From Candidatus Onthoplasma sp. (lineage in GTDB: Bacteria; Bacillota; Clostridia; Christensenellales; UBA1242): DNA of 64,000 nucleotides. The DNA lies in the NCBI GenBank assembly GCA_051883515.1, contig JBJETW010000004.1, positions 26,861-90,860 of the forward strand. The letters run 5' to 3'. The position numbers and the translations under genes were made by a program. Positions 1 through 8,611 of this stretch are shown here, piece by piece (the stretch's first letter is position 1; every line of letters begins with the position of its first letter). The notes under the pieces are model-generated. The model did not search any database. It was given only the letters and a program-made list of their open reading frames with translations, and had not been told where the DNA came from.

Positions 1-507
1 GAGTCCAGCCACAACGCACAAAATATCATCTGGAAAGAGCGGAAATAACATCATAAGGAAAAACAAATATTTACCCTGACTCATTTTGTCTATCCACACA
101 TTGGTTTTCTCTTCTCCAATCAGCCAATTCAAAAATTTTCGCCCGCATTTTCGCCCAATCCAAAACATGATTAAACTTCCAATCATAACAGACAAGAAAC
201 TCAAGAAAAACGCTTCCCATTTGCCAAATACTAGTGCTCCAGCAAGCGTGACTATGATTGCAGGAATTTGAAGAATAGTAGTTTGCAAAATTTGGAGAAG
301 CATAAAAATTAAAAACGAAAATGCACCACCCTTTTCCACAATTTTTCTAATTTTGTCAATAGAGTTTACTTTCTCCCAAAGATGAGTTGCTTTCAAAATA
401 AAATATCCGCCAACAATAATTATGGTTAACACCAAAAAAACAAAAAACAACCGAAAAATTTGTGTTCGGTTGGAATTTTGCTTTGATTCACGAAAAGATT
501 TTTTCAT
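1..507 (-). CDS. TVP38/TMEM64 (VTT/DedA) family membrane protein, 3' end outside window
   Basis: Hand translation from ATG at 507: MKKSFRES...LQIPAIIVTLAGALVFGKWEAFFLSFLSVMIGS...LFPLFPDDILCVVAGL; open to window edge. Confidence 0.85.
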   Translation of the reverse strand, partial: MKKSFRESKQNSNRTQIFRLFFVFLVLTIIIVGGYFILKATHLWEKVNSIDKIRKIVEKGGAFSFLIFMLLQILQTTILQIPAIIVTLAGALVFGKWEAFFLSFLSVMIGSLIMFWIGRKCGRKFLNWLIGEEKTNVWIDKMSQGKYLFFLMMLFPLFPDDILCVVAGL

Positions 508-539
508 TAATACATTATATTCTTGTATAATCAAAATCT

Positions 540-1943
540 TTATTGAATTTCTGCAATTTTTATTAAATTTGTTTCACTTTCTGCGCCATCTGAACCGCAT
601 GTGATTACAATTCTATCTTTTACGTTGGCAATTTTAAATTTTTTCGCCAAATCATTTGCAATTGAAAACATTTGGTCTGTTGATTTATATAGCGGAGTTA
701 AAATTGGTTTTACACCCCAAAATAATTCAAGTTGACGATAAGTTTTTTCGCAAGGGGTTGCTCCAATTATGATTGTCTCTGGTCTAAATCTACTTACCAA
801 CCCAGCGCTAAGTCCAGAACGAGTGAACGCCACAACTGCTTTGATGTCATGCGTGTATGTCGCTGAAACAACACTTTGAGAAACAATATCCGAAATTGTT
901 TCAATTTTTTCACTTCTACAAGTTGAAGAAAAATCAATATGTTTTTCAGTTTCTTCCACAATACTTGCCATTGTTTGCACTGCTTCACAAGGATATTCTC
1001 CCATCGCCGTTTCTCCCGACAACATAACACAACTCGTTCCATCATAAACAGCATTGGCGACGTCGGTCACTTCCGCTCTGGTTGGCCTTGGATTTTTTAT
1101 CATGCTTTCAAGCATTTCAGTTGCCGTGATAACAGGTTTTCCTTGCATCACACATTTTTTTATCATTGTCTTTTGAATTTCTGGCAACTTTTCAACTGGC
1201 ACTTCCACACCCAAATCGCCACGAGCGACCATAATCGCATCGCTAACAGAAATAATCTCATCAAGATTGTCAACTCCACATTGAGATTCAATTTTTGAAA
1301 CAATTTTAATCTGTCCTTTGTTGTTTTCAATAAACTTTCTTAAAGACAACACATCATTTTTAGAATTTACAAAACTTGCTGCAACAAAATCAACATCGTT
1401 TTTAATTCCCCACAAAATATCCTTTTTGTCTTCATTGTTCAAGTAAGTTGTTGAAAATTTAACGCCAGGGAGACTAAGACTTTTCCTATTTGAAATCACT
1501 CCCGAAGTCATTGCTTTTGTGATGATGTCCTTTCCTTGAACTTCCACAACTTTAAATCTCACAAGTCCATTCACAGCCAAAATTTTGTTCCCCACTTTGA
1601 CATTTTTTACAATAGAAGGTTCATTCAGCGAAACTTGGAATTCATCACCCACAACATTCCTTCCAGTGAAGACAAAGGTTTGACCCTTTTTTATGCTCAC
1701 CGAACCATTTTTAAAAGTTTTCACCCTTATTTCTGGGCCTCTTGTGTCAATCATAACTGGGAGTGGAACATTCATTTCTTTTCTCAATCTTTTCACATTC
1801 GCAATTATAATGTCCATATCCTCTCGCTTCGCATGAGAAAGATTTATTCTCACAACATTGAGACCATTATGAACAAGTTTTTTCAACACTTTATAATCCA
1901 TACTTGCAGGGCCAATTGTGGCAACCAATTTTGTTTTTTTCAT
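540..1943 (-). CDS. pyk: pyruvate kinase
   Basis: KTKLVATIGPAS, MVARGDLGVE, TATEMLESM, PTRAEVTDVANAVYDG motifs. Confidence 0.98.
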   Translation of the reverse strand: MKKTKLVATIGPASMDYKVLKKLVHNGLNVVRINLSHAKREDMDIIIANVKRLRKEMNVPLPVMIDTRGPEIRVKTFKNGSVSIKKGQTFVFTGRNVVGDEFQVSLNEPSIVKNVKVGNKILAVNGLVRFKVVEVQGKDIITKAMTSGVISNRKSLSLPGVKFSTTYLNNEDKKDILWGIKNDVDFVAASFVNSKNDVLSLRKFIENNKGQIKIVSKIESQCGVDNLDEIISVSDAIMVARGDLGVEVPVEKLPEIQKTMIKKCVMQGKPVITATEMLESMIKNPRPTRAEVTDVANAVYDGTSCVMLSGETAMGEYPCEAVQTMASIVEETEKHIDFSSTCRSEKIETISDIVSQSVVSATYTHDIKAVVAFTRSGLSAGLVSRFRPETIIIGATPCEKTYRQLELFWGVKPILTPLYKSTDQMFSIANDLAKKFKIANVKDRIVITCGSDGAESETNLIKIAEIQ

Positions 1944-2059
1944 ATTCCACCTTCAAAAAAATTATATCACAACAAATAAAAATGCAAAAATAATTTTTCA
2001 CATTTTTTCAAATTTCACCAATTTCATAATATAATATGATAAAAAAACGAAAATTCTTC

Positions 2060-2087
2060 TTGAAATTTAAATTCATTATGATATAAT
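2060..2087 (+). promoter_or_regulatory. sigma-A promoter of ssrA
   Basis: TTGAAA-16 nt-TATAAT with extended TG, 8 nt upstream of tmRNA 5' end. Confidence 0.7.
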
Positions 2088-2095
2088 AAAATTAT

Positions 2096-2449
2096 GGGGA
2101 TGAAATAGTTTCGACTGGATTGGACTGTTTTGATACGCATGCCGAGCGACATCTCGAAAAACATGTGTTCGTGCATTCGAACTTAAATAAACGCAAACGA
2201 AAACAAACTTGCTTACGCTGCTTAGTTCAGCGGGCCGTCAACCTGTTTTGAACCGACAGAACAGAATTTGATGTCAAAATTCGGTCAACAAAATGTTGGA
2301 ATTTTCCGGCCAACGTTTTGAAAAAAGGAAATAGTCTAGATTGGGTGTCAATGTAAGCCAATCTAAGCGAATATAGCCATTGACTAAGCATGTAGTGTAT
2401 GAATACATTTCAATTTAGGACATGGGTGCAACTCCCATCATCTCCACCA
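2096..2449 (+). ncRNA. ssrA: tmRNA; tag peptide ANENKLAYAA* at 2193-2225
   Basis: 5' GGGGATG pairs with 3' CATCTCC-ACCA (G3.U wobble); T-arm ATGGG-TGCAACT-CCCAT; resume codon GCA with tag ending LAYAA-stop. Confidence 0.96.
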
Positions 2450-2451
2450 AA
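2425..2451 (+). repeat. attL core (ssrA 3' end)
   Basis: Identical to 15190-15216; shorter copies at 16253-16270 and 17286-17295. Confidence 0.92.
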
Positions 2452-2475
2452 AAGCACAACATATTGTGCTTTTTA
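2449..2475. terminator. bidirectional intrinsic terminator (ssrA / integrase)
   Basis: AAAAAGCACAA-CATA-TTGTGCTTTTT between convergent ssrA and integrase. Confidence 0.8.
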
Positions 2476-2480
2476 TTTTT

Positions 2481-3560
2481 TTAATTTCTATATGTGGTGG
2501 GTAAAAAGTTAGTCATTTTTTTCTCGTGAGTAGAATTTGAGTAGAATTTTGAGTCGTTAAGTATATTTATATACTTATAATTGTCTTCTGCGTTTGGTTT
2601 GGTATAAACTGACTTTGTAATCTTGCTCCCTAGTTTATGACCAACCCAACCTTGAACAACACTTTCAGGTATCCCATTTTCTTCACAACGAGTGATGAAT
2701 GTATATCTCATAAATTTTAATGAAAAATAAAAACCTAATTTTTGTGATAACTCATGTGCTTTATCGTCAACTCTATGATATGACAAATTGAATATTCGTC
2801 CTTTCATATTTTTGTAGTTTAATAAAATTTGTTTTGTTTTTGCAAACATCGGCATTGTTCTTATACTAAAATTATTTTTTGTTGTATCAAATTTATTGTG
2901 TCGATTTATTGCTTTGTTTATTGATAATGTTTCATTTTCAAAATCAATATCTTTATCTGTTATACCTAAAACTTCACCCTTTCGTAGACCTTGGTATAAT
3001 GCTATTAAGAATATATCTCCATATTTATAATTTTGACACTCTAAAATCAATTTTTCTTCTTCTTTGTGAGTTAACGCTCTACCATTTTGTTTTGTATGTT
3101 CTGGTCTTTCCACTAAATCCATAATGTTCTTAGATATTATTTCATGAATGTATGCTTTTTGGAATATCATTTTTAATAATTCGTATACTTTTTGTTTTTG
3201 GCGTTCCGCTTGAATTTTATTTAAAGATTCTATAATTTGAGTTATTGTTATTGTTTTTATTTGTTGCTCCATTAGTGATTTTATATTTTTCAAACTTGAA
3301 TTATAGTCTTCAATTGTAGATTGTTTAACTTTATTCATTTTATAAAGTTTTAACCATTCTAAATACCAGTTTTTTAAAGTGATGTTTTTTGATTTATCAA
3401 TTTTCGTTATTTCAGTATTTGACAAAACGCACTTTAATTTATCGTAGCACTCTTTTTGTGTGCGCGCAGAAATGTAGTGCTGTTTGCCATCTTTTCTAAA
3501 TCTTGTGTACCATGTGTTGCAATTCTTGTTCATATGAATTGCAATTCCTTTATATTTCAT
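2481..3560 (-). CDS. tyrosine recombinase/integrase (Tn916/ICEBs1-like)
   Basis: GLRKGE, TTKN, KFMRYTF (HxxR variant), WVGH, SVYT catalytic motifs; GGAGG RBS before ATG 3560; frame is open further to 3689. Confidence 0.93.
   Translation of the reverse strand: MKYKGIAIHMNKNCNTWYTRFRKDGKQHYISARTQKECYDKLKCVLSNTEITKIDKSKNITLKNWYLEWLKLYKMNKVKQSTIEDYNSSLKNIKSLMEQQIKTITITQIIESLNKIQAERQKQKVYELLKMIFQKAYIHEIISKNIMDLVERPEHTKQNGRALTHKEEEKLILECQNYKYGDIFLIALYQGLRKGEVLGITDKDIDFENETLSINKAINRHNKFDTTKNNFSIRTMPMFAKTKQILLNYKNMKGRIFNLSYHRVDDKAHELSQKLGFYFSLKFMRYTFITRCEENGIPESVVQGWVGHKLGSKITKSVYTKPNAEDNYKYINILNDSKFYSNSTHEKKMTNFLPTTYRN
2526..2547 (+). repeat. putative integrase arm-type site (tandem TGAGTAGAAT)
   Basis: GTGAGTAGAATTTGAGTAGAAT recurs at 15119-15140 and 17370-17391, each close to an att core. 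Confidence 0.7.
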
Positions 3561-3827
3561 TTTTAGTTCCTCCATTAGCAGAGGAACATTTTTATTAACA
3601 TTTTGATTCTCTGTTTTGCATTTTTTAGCGGATTCTACTGCCATAATATATGTGATTAAACCTGCTTGTCCTTCGTCAATCAAAGACATTCCTTCATTGT
3701 ATATGTCTCTACCTTGTTTAATTTTTGTTTTCCCTGAGTGAATCAGTGTTATATAATCAAATATTGTTTTTTTTGTCCATAGTTTATCCTTTGTTAATTT
3801 TTTATGTTCGCACTATTGTGCGGATTT

Positions 3828-4139
3828 TTACATGCTTCCAAGCATTGTATCAATATAAAACTCTGTCAGTTCTTGTTGCTTAGTATTCATTTTCAACAAC
3901 TTATCAATAATTGAATTTTCACGTTCTGATAGCACATTCCTATTCATTAAACATGTAGGTCGTCCTACCAGTTCATCCAATGAAACATGATAAAAATCTG
4001 CAAGTTTAATTAATGTATCAATTCCTGGGTCACACACTCCTGCCTCATAACTGTATAAAGTTGTAGGTGGAATTTTTAAAATGTTTGACAATTCTCGTTG
4101 AGACAAATTATTTTTTTGCCTATATTCTCTTAATTTCAT
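3828..4139 (-). CDS. XRE-family HTH repressor
   Basis: LREYRQKNNLSQRELS...YEAGVCDPGIDTLIKLADFYHVSLDELVGR; divergent from the rightward operon. Confidence 0.93.
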   Translation of the reverse strand: MKLREYRQKNNLSQRELSNILKIPPTTLYSYEAGVCDPGIDTLIKLADFYHVSLDELVGRPTCLMNRNVLSERENSIIDKLLKMNTKQQELTEFYIDTMLGSM

Positions 4140-4218
4140 AAAACTCTCCTTTTTTAGTACTCGACACGAATAATTTACACATTTTTAAAAAAAAATTCAA
4201 TATTTTAGTAAATTTTGC

Positions 4219-4278
4219 TTGACATTTACAAATCTGCTGAATAGAATTATTTTAAATTTACTAATAATATGTAAATTT
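4219..4278 (+). promoter_or_regulatory. rightward promoter with candidate operator
   Basis: TTGACA-17 nt-TAGAAT (4219-4247); inverted repeat AAATTTAC-N9-GTAAATTT (4254-4278). Confidence 0.65.
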
Positions 4279-4481
4279 TCTCCTTTGTGCTCGACAATCA
4301 CAAAAGGGAATTGACTGGCAGTCCACATCGATGTGGCGCAAGTGAGAATGTTAACCTCAACTGTCAGTCTCTGGCTGTTGCCAGACTGAATCATCGCATT
4401 ATTATAATTTCTACATGCTGGTTGAATGTAGTCTGTTCAAGTGCAAATCTTGGAACCAGCAAAAATATAAAGGAGGTTAGT

Positions 4482-4781
4482 ATGTGTGTTTTGTTGATTA
4501 TTTTAAGCAGTGTGTGTCTTGGTTTTCTTGTTTGCTATTTGATTCAATCAATTATGAAAACAATTAAAACATCAAAAGAATATCACGCTCTTTTAACAAA
4601 CATTGATTTGGAAGATTGCAAACAATTACCTTTCTATCAAAACTATAAATCGGTTTTTTCAGAAAGTTCCTTATCAATGTATTTGGAGTTTTTAAGACAA
4701 GAATACAGTGATTTCGTTGAAAGAAGAATTGATGAAAGTTTTTCGGAATTCTTAGACAGAAAATATCCACCAAAAAAATAA
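4482..4781 (+). CDS. hypothetical protein with N-terminal TM helix (99 aa)
   Basis: AGGAGG RBS then MCVLLIILSSVCLGFLVCYLIQ; start is downstream of the ORF-track start. Confidence 0.75.
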   Translation: MCVLLIILSSVCLGFLVCYLIQSIMKTIKTSKEYHALLTNIDLEDCKQLPFYQNYKSVFSESSLSMYLEFLRQEYSDFVERRIDESFSEFLDRKYPPKK

Positions 4782-5061
4782 ACAAGTTGCTTCACGCAAC
4801 TTCCACATGTGGACGCACATAATTTGGGCAACACCCAAACGTCCGCAATTAACTTGGTTCTCATCATTGTTTTATTTATTATTTTTCCATTTTAATTTTA
4901 AAAAGATTTTTACAAATTTAAACACATAACACCCCTTACAAACATGTGGCTCCTTATATTATGTTTGTTAATTCAATTATTATTGATTCAGATGAGAACC
5001 ATTATGTCGATAAATTCGAATTTTGCACGGTCGCTCTGTGCTATCGACTAAAAGGACAAAT

Positions 5062-5289
5062 ATGACCATTGAACAATTAAAAGAGATAAATTCTGAATTA
5101 AATTCAGATTATAAAAAGTTATCTATCGATTACATGATTTTATATCGAAGATTGGAACAAGAAAAACAAGCGCTTCAATTTGTGCTGAGTCAACTTTCAG
5201 AAAGACAACTAAAAGAATACAACAATTTTCGAACAAAGCAAAATTTAAAAACTTTATCAAAAGGAGAATTAAAAGTTGCAAGTCGTTAG
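5062..5289 (+). CDS. hypothetical coiled-coil protein (75 aa)
   Basis: AAGGA RBS, ATG 5062; overlaps next ORF. Confidence 0.7.
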   Translation: MTIEQLKEINSELNSDYKKLSIDYMILYRRLEQEKQALQFVLSQLSERQLKEYNNFRTKQNLKTLSKGELKVASR

Positions 5290-5515
5290 ATTCGTTATCT
5301 GTCTGCCAAAATCATACGAACCAGATTCTGGAAAAAGAAACATCTATTTTCCTGCAGATGACCAAACGTCGTTCTGCAAAAAACTGGGAGAATTGAGACG
5401 TCAGAAGATTAACGTTAAACCATATGTCGATGTTGGTAAATCCAACAAAACAAATGATAGTCCTTGGATTCCATACAATGACTATAAAAAATTAATAAAG
5501 GAGGGAAGCGTATGA
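5276..5515 (+). CDS. hypothetical protein (79 aa)
   Basis: AAGGAG RBS, TTG start, coupled to neighbours. Confidence 0.65.
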   Translation: MQVVRFVICLPKSYEPDSGKRNIYFPADDQTSFCKKLGELRRQKINVKPYVDVGKSNKTNDSPWIPYNDYKKLIKEGSV

Positions 5516-5664
5516 AGAAAACTGTTAAACAAACCGCTGTAAAAAAGACTGTAAAAAAGTCCACAGCAAAACGTCCAGTTAAGTCAACTACCAAAAAAGA
5601 GAAATCTTTTCGCGTTGTAGACGACAATGGCAGATTGACAAATCTTTTGATTACAATTTTGTAG
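5512..5664 (+). CDS. small Lys-rich histone-H1-like basic protein (50 aa), not in ORF track
   Basis: GGAGG RBS; MKKTVKQTAVKKTVKKSTAKRPVKSTTKKEKSFRVVDDNGRLTNLLITIL*; ATGA overlap with upstream stop. Confidence 0.7.
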   Translation: MKKTVKQTAVKKTVKKSTAKRPVKSTTKKEKSFRVVDDNGRLTNLLITIL

Positions 5665-5698
5665 TTTCAAATTTTGTGCGAGTTGTAAAGGAGTAAAT

Positions 5699-5857
5699 AT
5701 GAGACTTGTTGCGCGTTGTTTTAAAAATGGAAATGTTGAAGACATTGAATTGTCTGAAACAATCACATATGACAAATATTTGTCAATTGTAAAAAAATAT
5801 GGCCGTTCAGAATTGATTCTTATAGATGAAAATAACAATGAATTTTCCGTTCTTTAA
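5699..5857 (+). CDS. hypothetical protein (52 aa), not in ORF track
   Basis: AAGGAG RBS; MRLVARCFKNGNVEDIELSETITYDKYLSIVKKYGRSELILIDENNNEFSVL*. Confidence 0.65.
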   Translation: MRLVARCFKNGNVEDIELSETITYDKYLSIVKKYGRSELILIDENNNEFSVL

Positions 5858-5867
5858 AAGGTGAAAA

Positions 5868-6938
5868 ATGAACATTCCAAACAGTGTACAAGAAAACAAC
5901 CATTTATCAATTAACGCTAAATATTTGTATGGAATTATGGTTGACAATATTGAAAATGGATTTTGTCTTAAAGACAATGCATTTTTCGCGTCAAAATTGG
6001 GATATTCGGAACGTTCGATTTATAGATTCTTAAAAGAATTGGAAAAAGAAGGTTTAATCAGTTTTGTACCATATGGAAGATTGAAAAATGCTATTTATAT
6101 TAATTCTCTTGCTCAAGAAGTTGTTGAAAAGGAAGAAAAAGAAGAAGAAAAATTGAAAATTATTCATTTTGACGCTTTTTCTGACAAAATTTGTGACAAA
6201 TTTGGCAAAAATTTTGACAACCATGTCACAAACAGCAAATTTGACAACAATCAAACTTATATATTAGATGATAATAATAATTTAGTTTTAGTTAGTAAAG
6301 AAAATAAAGATATTAATATAAATAATAGCGCGCGTGCGTGCGCGTGCGAGAGCATATTTTCAAATAAATCAAATAGGTTTACAAATTTTGATACTTTATC
6401 ATCAAACGAACGTGTTAGATGTTTTTCTCAGAATGAAAGACGTCAATATACTGACATTTTGTTTAAAGACTTCTTCAAGTACTATACATCTGGCAAAATT
6501 TTTGATGTTGGTATCGAAATTGTTGACACTATGATTGAAATGTTAAATCAATCTAGCACTGAACGCGGATTGGTTTTCCAATTGAAACACTATACCGCAA
6601 AACGACTCTCAGATATTTATTTAAATATTACAAATAAAGAGTTCACAAATATTGTATCCAATGTCTGTTTTAAAGAAGATATTGAAAATCGGTCCACATA
6701 TATTGCCGGCGCAATATTAAACGCAGGAAGACGGATTTCTTACAGCAAAACATCTGAACTCATTAGAAAAGGTTTTCCTTGGGACAATTGGGAAGCGGAA
6801 TGCACAAAACTTAATGATTTGATATATGGTGTTAAAAAAATCATACAAAATGAACAAATCAAACAAAAATTGTCCGAACAAAATACGGAAAAATTGGTTA
6901 AACGTATTGCTCAGATTAGTCAAAAGGAGGATTTATGA
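5868..6938 (+). CDS. replication initiator/replisome organiser (N-terminal winged HTH)
   Basis: LSINAKYLYG...NAFFASKLGYSERSIYRFLKELEKEGLI; low-complexity linker with internal DNA repeats; C-terminal IENRSTYIAGAILNA resembling RepA_N-type initiator C-termini. Confidence 0.75.
   Translation: MNIPNSVQENNHLSINAKYLYGIMVDNIENGFCLKDNAFFASKLGYSERSIYRFLKELEKEGLISFVPYGRLKNAIYINSLAQEVVEKEEKEEEKLKIIHFDAFSDKICDKFGKNFDNHVTNSKFDNNQTYILDDNNNLVLVSKENKDININNSARACACESIFSNKSNRFTNFDTLSSNERVRCFSQNERRQYTDILFKDFFKYYTSGKIFDVGIEIVDTMIEMLNQSSTERGLVFQLKHYTAKRLSDIYLNITNKEFTNIVSNVCFKEDIENRSTYIAGAILNAGRRISYSKTSELIRKGFPWDNWEAECTKLNDLIYGVKKIIQNEQIKQKLSEQNTEKLVKRIAQISQKEDL
6182..6348. repeat. iteron-like repeats plus AT-rich tract: candidate replication origin
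   Basis: TGACAA at 6182, 6194, 6215, 6242, TGGCAA 6203, inverted TGTCACA 6224; AT-rich ~6250-6327; alternating GC/GT tract 6328-6348. Confidence 0.6.
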
Positions 6939-7141
6939 AAAAATTTTGGATAGCAATATTTGTTATTATTATGCTTGCCCTTGTCTTTGTTTCTGTTTCA
7001 TTGACTATTGCTAACATTCATGATTGCACTTTGATTGAAGAATGGAAATCATGGCTTGAAGCATTGCATTTTATTAAAGATACTGCTGAATCAAATGAAC
7101 CTGCTGTCGAACAGGTTTTTACAGCAATGATTAAATTTTAG
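6935..7141 (+). CDS. small single-TM protein (68 aa), candidate virion coat/membrane protein
   Basis: AGGAGG RBS; MKKFWIAIFVIIMLALVFVSVSLTIA. Confidence 0.75.
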   Translation: MKKFWIAIFVIIMLALVFVSVSLTIANIHDCTLIEEWKSWLEALHFIKDTAESNEPAVEQVFTAMIKF

Positions 7142-7151
7142 GATTTAACTT

Positions 7152-7325
7152 ATGAAAACATTAAAAATTATTTTAATTGTTGTCTTGGTTGTCGCTATTG
7201 CTGTTTTCACCGGCACTTGGATATTCCAAATTTTGAGTACTGTTTTCCATGGTCTCGGTAATGGTCTAGATTTCTTGGCCAGAATATTCAATTTGTTTGG
7301 TTGGAATAATGGAATGTTGAGGTGA
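7152..7325 (+). CDS. small hydrophobic/amphipathic protein (57 aa), candidate major coat protein; not in ORF track
   Basis: MKTLKIILIVVLVVAIAVFTGTWIFQILSTVFHGLGNGLDFLARIFNLFGWNNGMLR*; fills gap between neighbours exactly. Confidence 0.75.
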   Translation: MKTLKIILIVVLVVAIAVFTGTWIFQILSTVFHGLGNGLDFLARIFNLFGWNNGMLR

Positions 7326-7327
7326 TT

Positions 7328-8611
7328 ATGGAAGAAGAATTAGGAAAAGTTGGGAAAGGTTTTATGATTGCCTTGTATATAATCACTGGCATTTGTATTC
7401 TTTTGTTGTCTTTTGTTATTTATAACATTGCAACACAAGCGAAACCATGGACATTAAGTGTCACATATGCGGACGTTCTCAGTGATGAAAATCAGACTCC
7501 AATTGTCAAAGTGTCTGTTAAAAACAATGTAAATAAAAATGGTGAATCTCTATATGAAATTCAATTTAATTCATATACAGACACAGAAGGAAACGGCGTC
7601 GAAGGATTTGGTATTCAATGCGTTGGAGATTTTGCTGTACATAACTTATTTAATCAAACTCTTGATGAAAATATTGTTTTGTTTGCGTTAAACGGTTATA
7701 GAGATAATGAAATTAACAGTTCCGCCATTGTTTCTGGTGAAAAACTTAATATTAAATCGGTTTCATATTCTAGACCATACCACCAGGGTGATTTCTATTT
7801 TTATAAATCAGATTCTGAAGGTGTATGTTATGCAATTGCATATGAAGACATTCCAAATTATTTATTAATTGATGTTAACGGCGCTTATTATAGATTAACA
7901 TTGAAGGATTACACATATAGCACACGTTCTTCATATTGGGGATTTAATGTGTTCAAATGGGGAACTGATGTTTATAAAACTGAAAAATCCACATTTACTT
8001 GGTATGACGTTTTTGCGAAAATTATTTATTCCGCAATATTAAACAATCAAACATCAAGTATGAGTGAATTTTCGCTTAATTTCTTTGACCTTGCAGATTA
8101 TTTAACAATTGAATACAAAAATGAAAAAGGACAATATCTTCCAGTCGATAAAACATCGGACACGCGTTTATATTTGTCAATACCTGTCACATATTCTTCA
8201 AATGGTGCAATAAACACAGACGATTCATATTTTGGAATGGTGAAAAATTCATCAACATGGTCAGTTTATGACAACACTCCAGTTAAAGATTATTGGAATG
8301 CATTCACAGATATCAATCTGACAGAACAACATGTGAATTTGATTGCAAATGATTCGAATACGTCTTATATAATTACGTTTGACGAGACTTTCAAAGATTA
8401 TTTGTCTACTTGTAGCAAAGCAAATATCAATTTTAATATAAATTTGGATAATTTTGAAGATTCTGTTTTAGCAATAGATATGTCATATTTTGATTTCAGA
8501 ATTAATGAATTGAAGATAACGTCATCAACAATAACAGAAAGTCAATTCCAAATTTTGAACAGAACGTCAAATATGGTAAAACCAACTTTGGTTTTAGGTG
8601 GTGAAGCATGA
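7328..8611 (+). CDS. membrane-anchored beta-rich protein, putative virion/surface protein
   Basis: N-terminal TM helix (FMIALYIITGICILLLSFVIY) then long Ser/Thr/Tyr/Asn-rich domain. Confidence 0.75.
   Translation: MEEELGKVGKGFMIALYIITGICILLLSFVIYNIATQAKPWTLSVTYADVLSDENQTPIVKVSVKNNVNKNGESLYEIQFNSYTDTEGNGVEGFGIQCVGDFAVHNLFNQTLDENIVLFALNGYRDNEINSSAIVSGEKLNIKSVSYSRPYHQGDFYFYKSDSEGVCYAIAYEDIPNYLLIDVNGAYYRLTLKDYTYSTRSSYWGFNVFKWGTDVYKTEKSTFTWYDVFAKIIYSAILNNQTSSMSEFSLNFFDLADYLTIEYKNEKGQYLPVDKTSDTRLYLSIPVTYSSNGAINTDDSYFGMVKNSSTWSVYDNTPVKDYWNAFTDINLTEQHVNLIANDSNTSYIITFDETFKDYLSTCSKANINFNINLDNFEDSVLAIDMSYFDFRINELKITSSTITESQFQILNRTSNMVKPTLVLGGEA

Noticed and set aside
4287-4481. 5' extension of the 164-aa ORF-track call
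   Set aside because: A strong AGGAGG RBS at ~4471 points to ATG 4482; the extension overlaps a structured leader and has no RBS.
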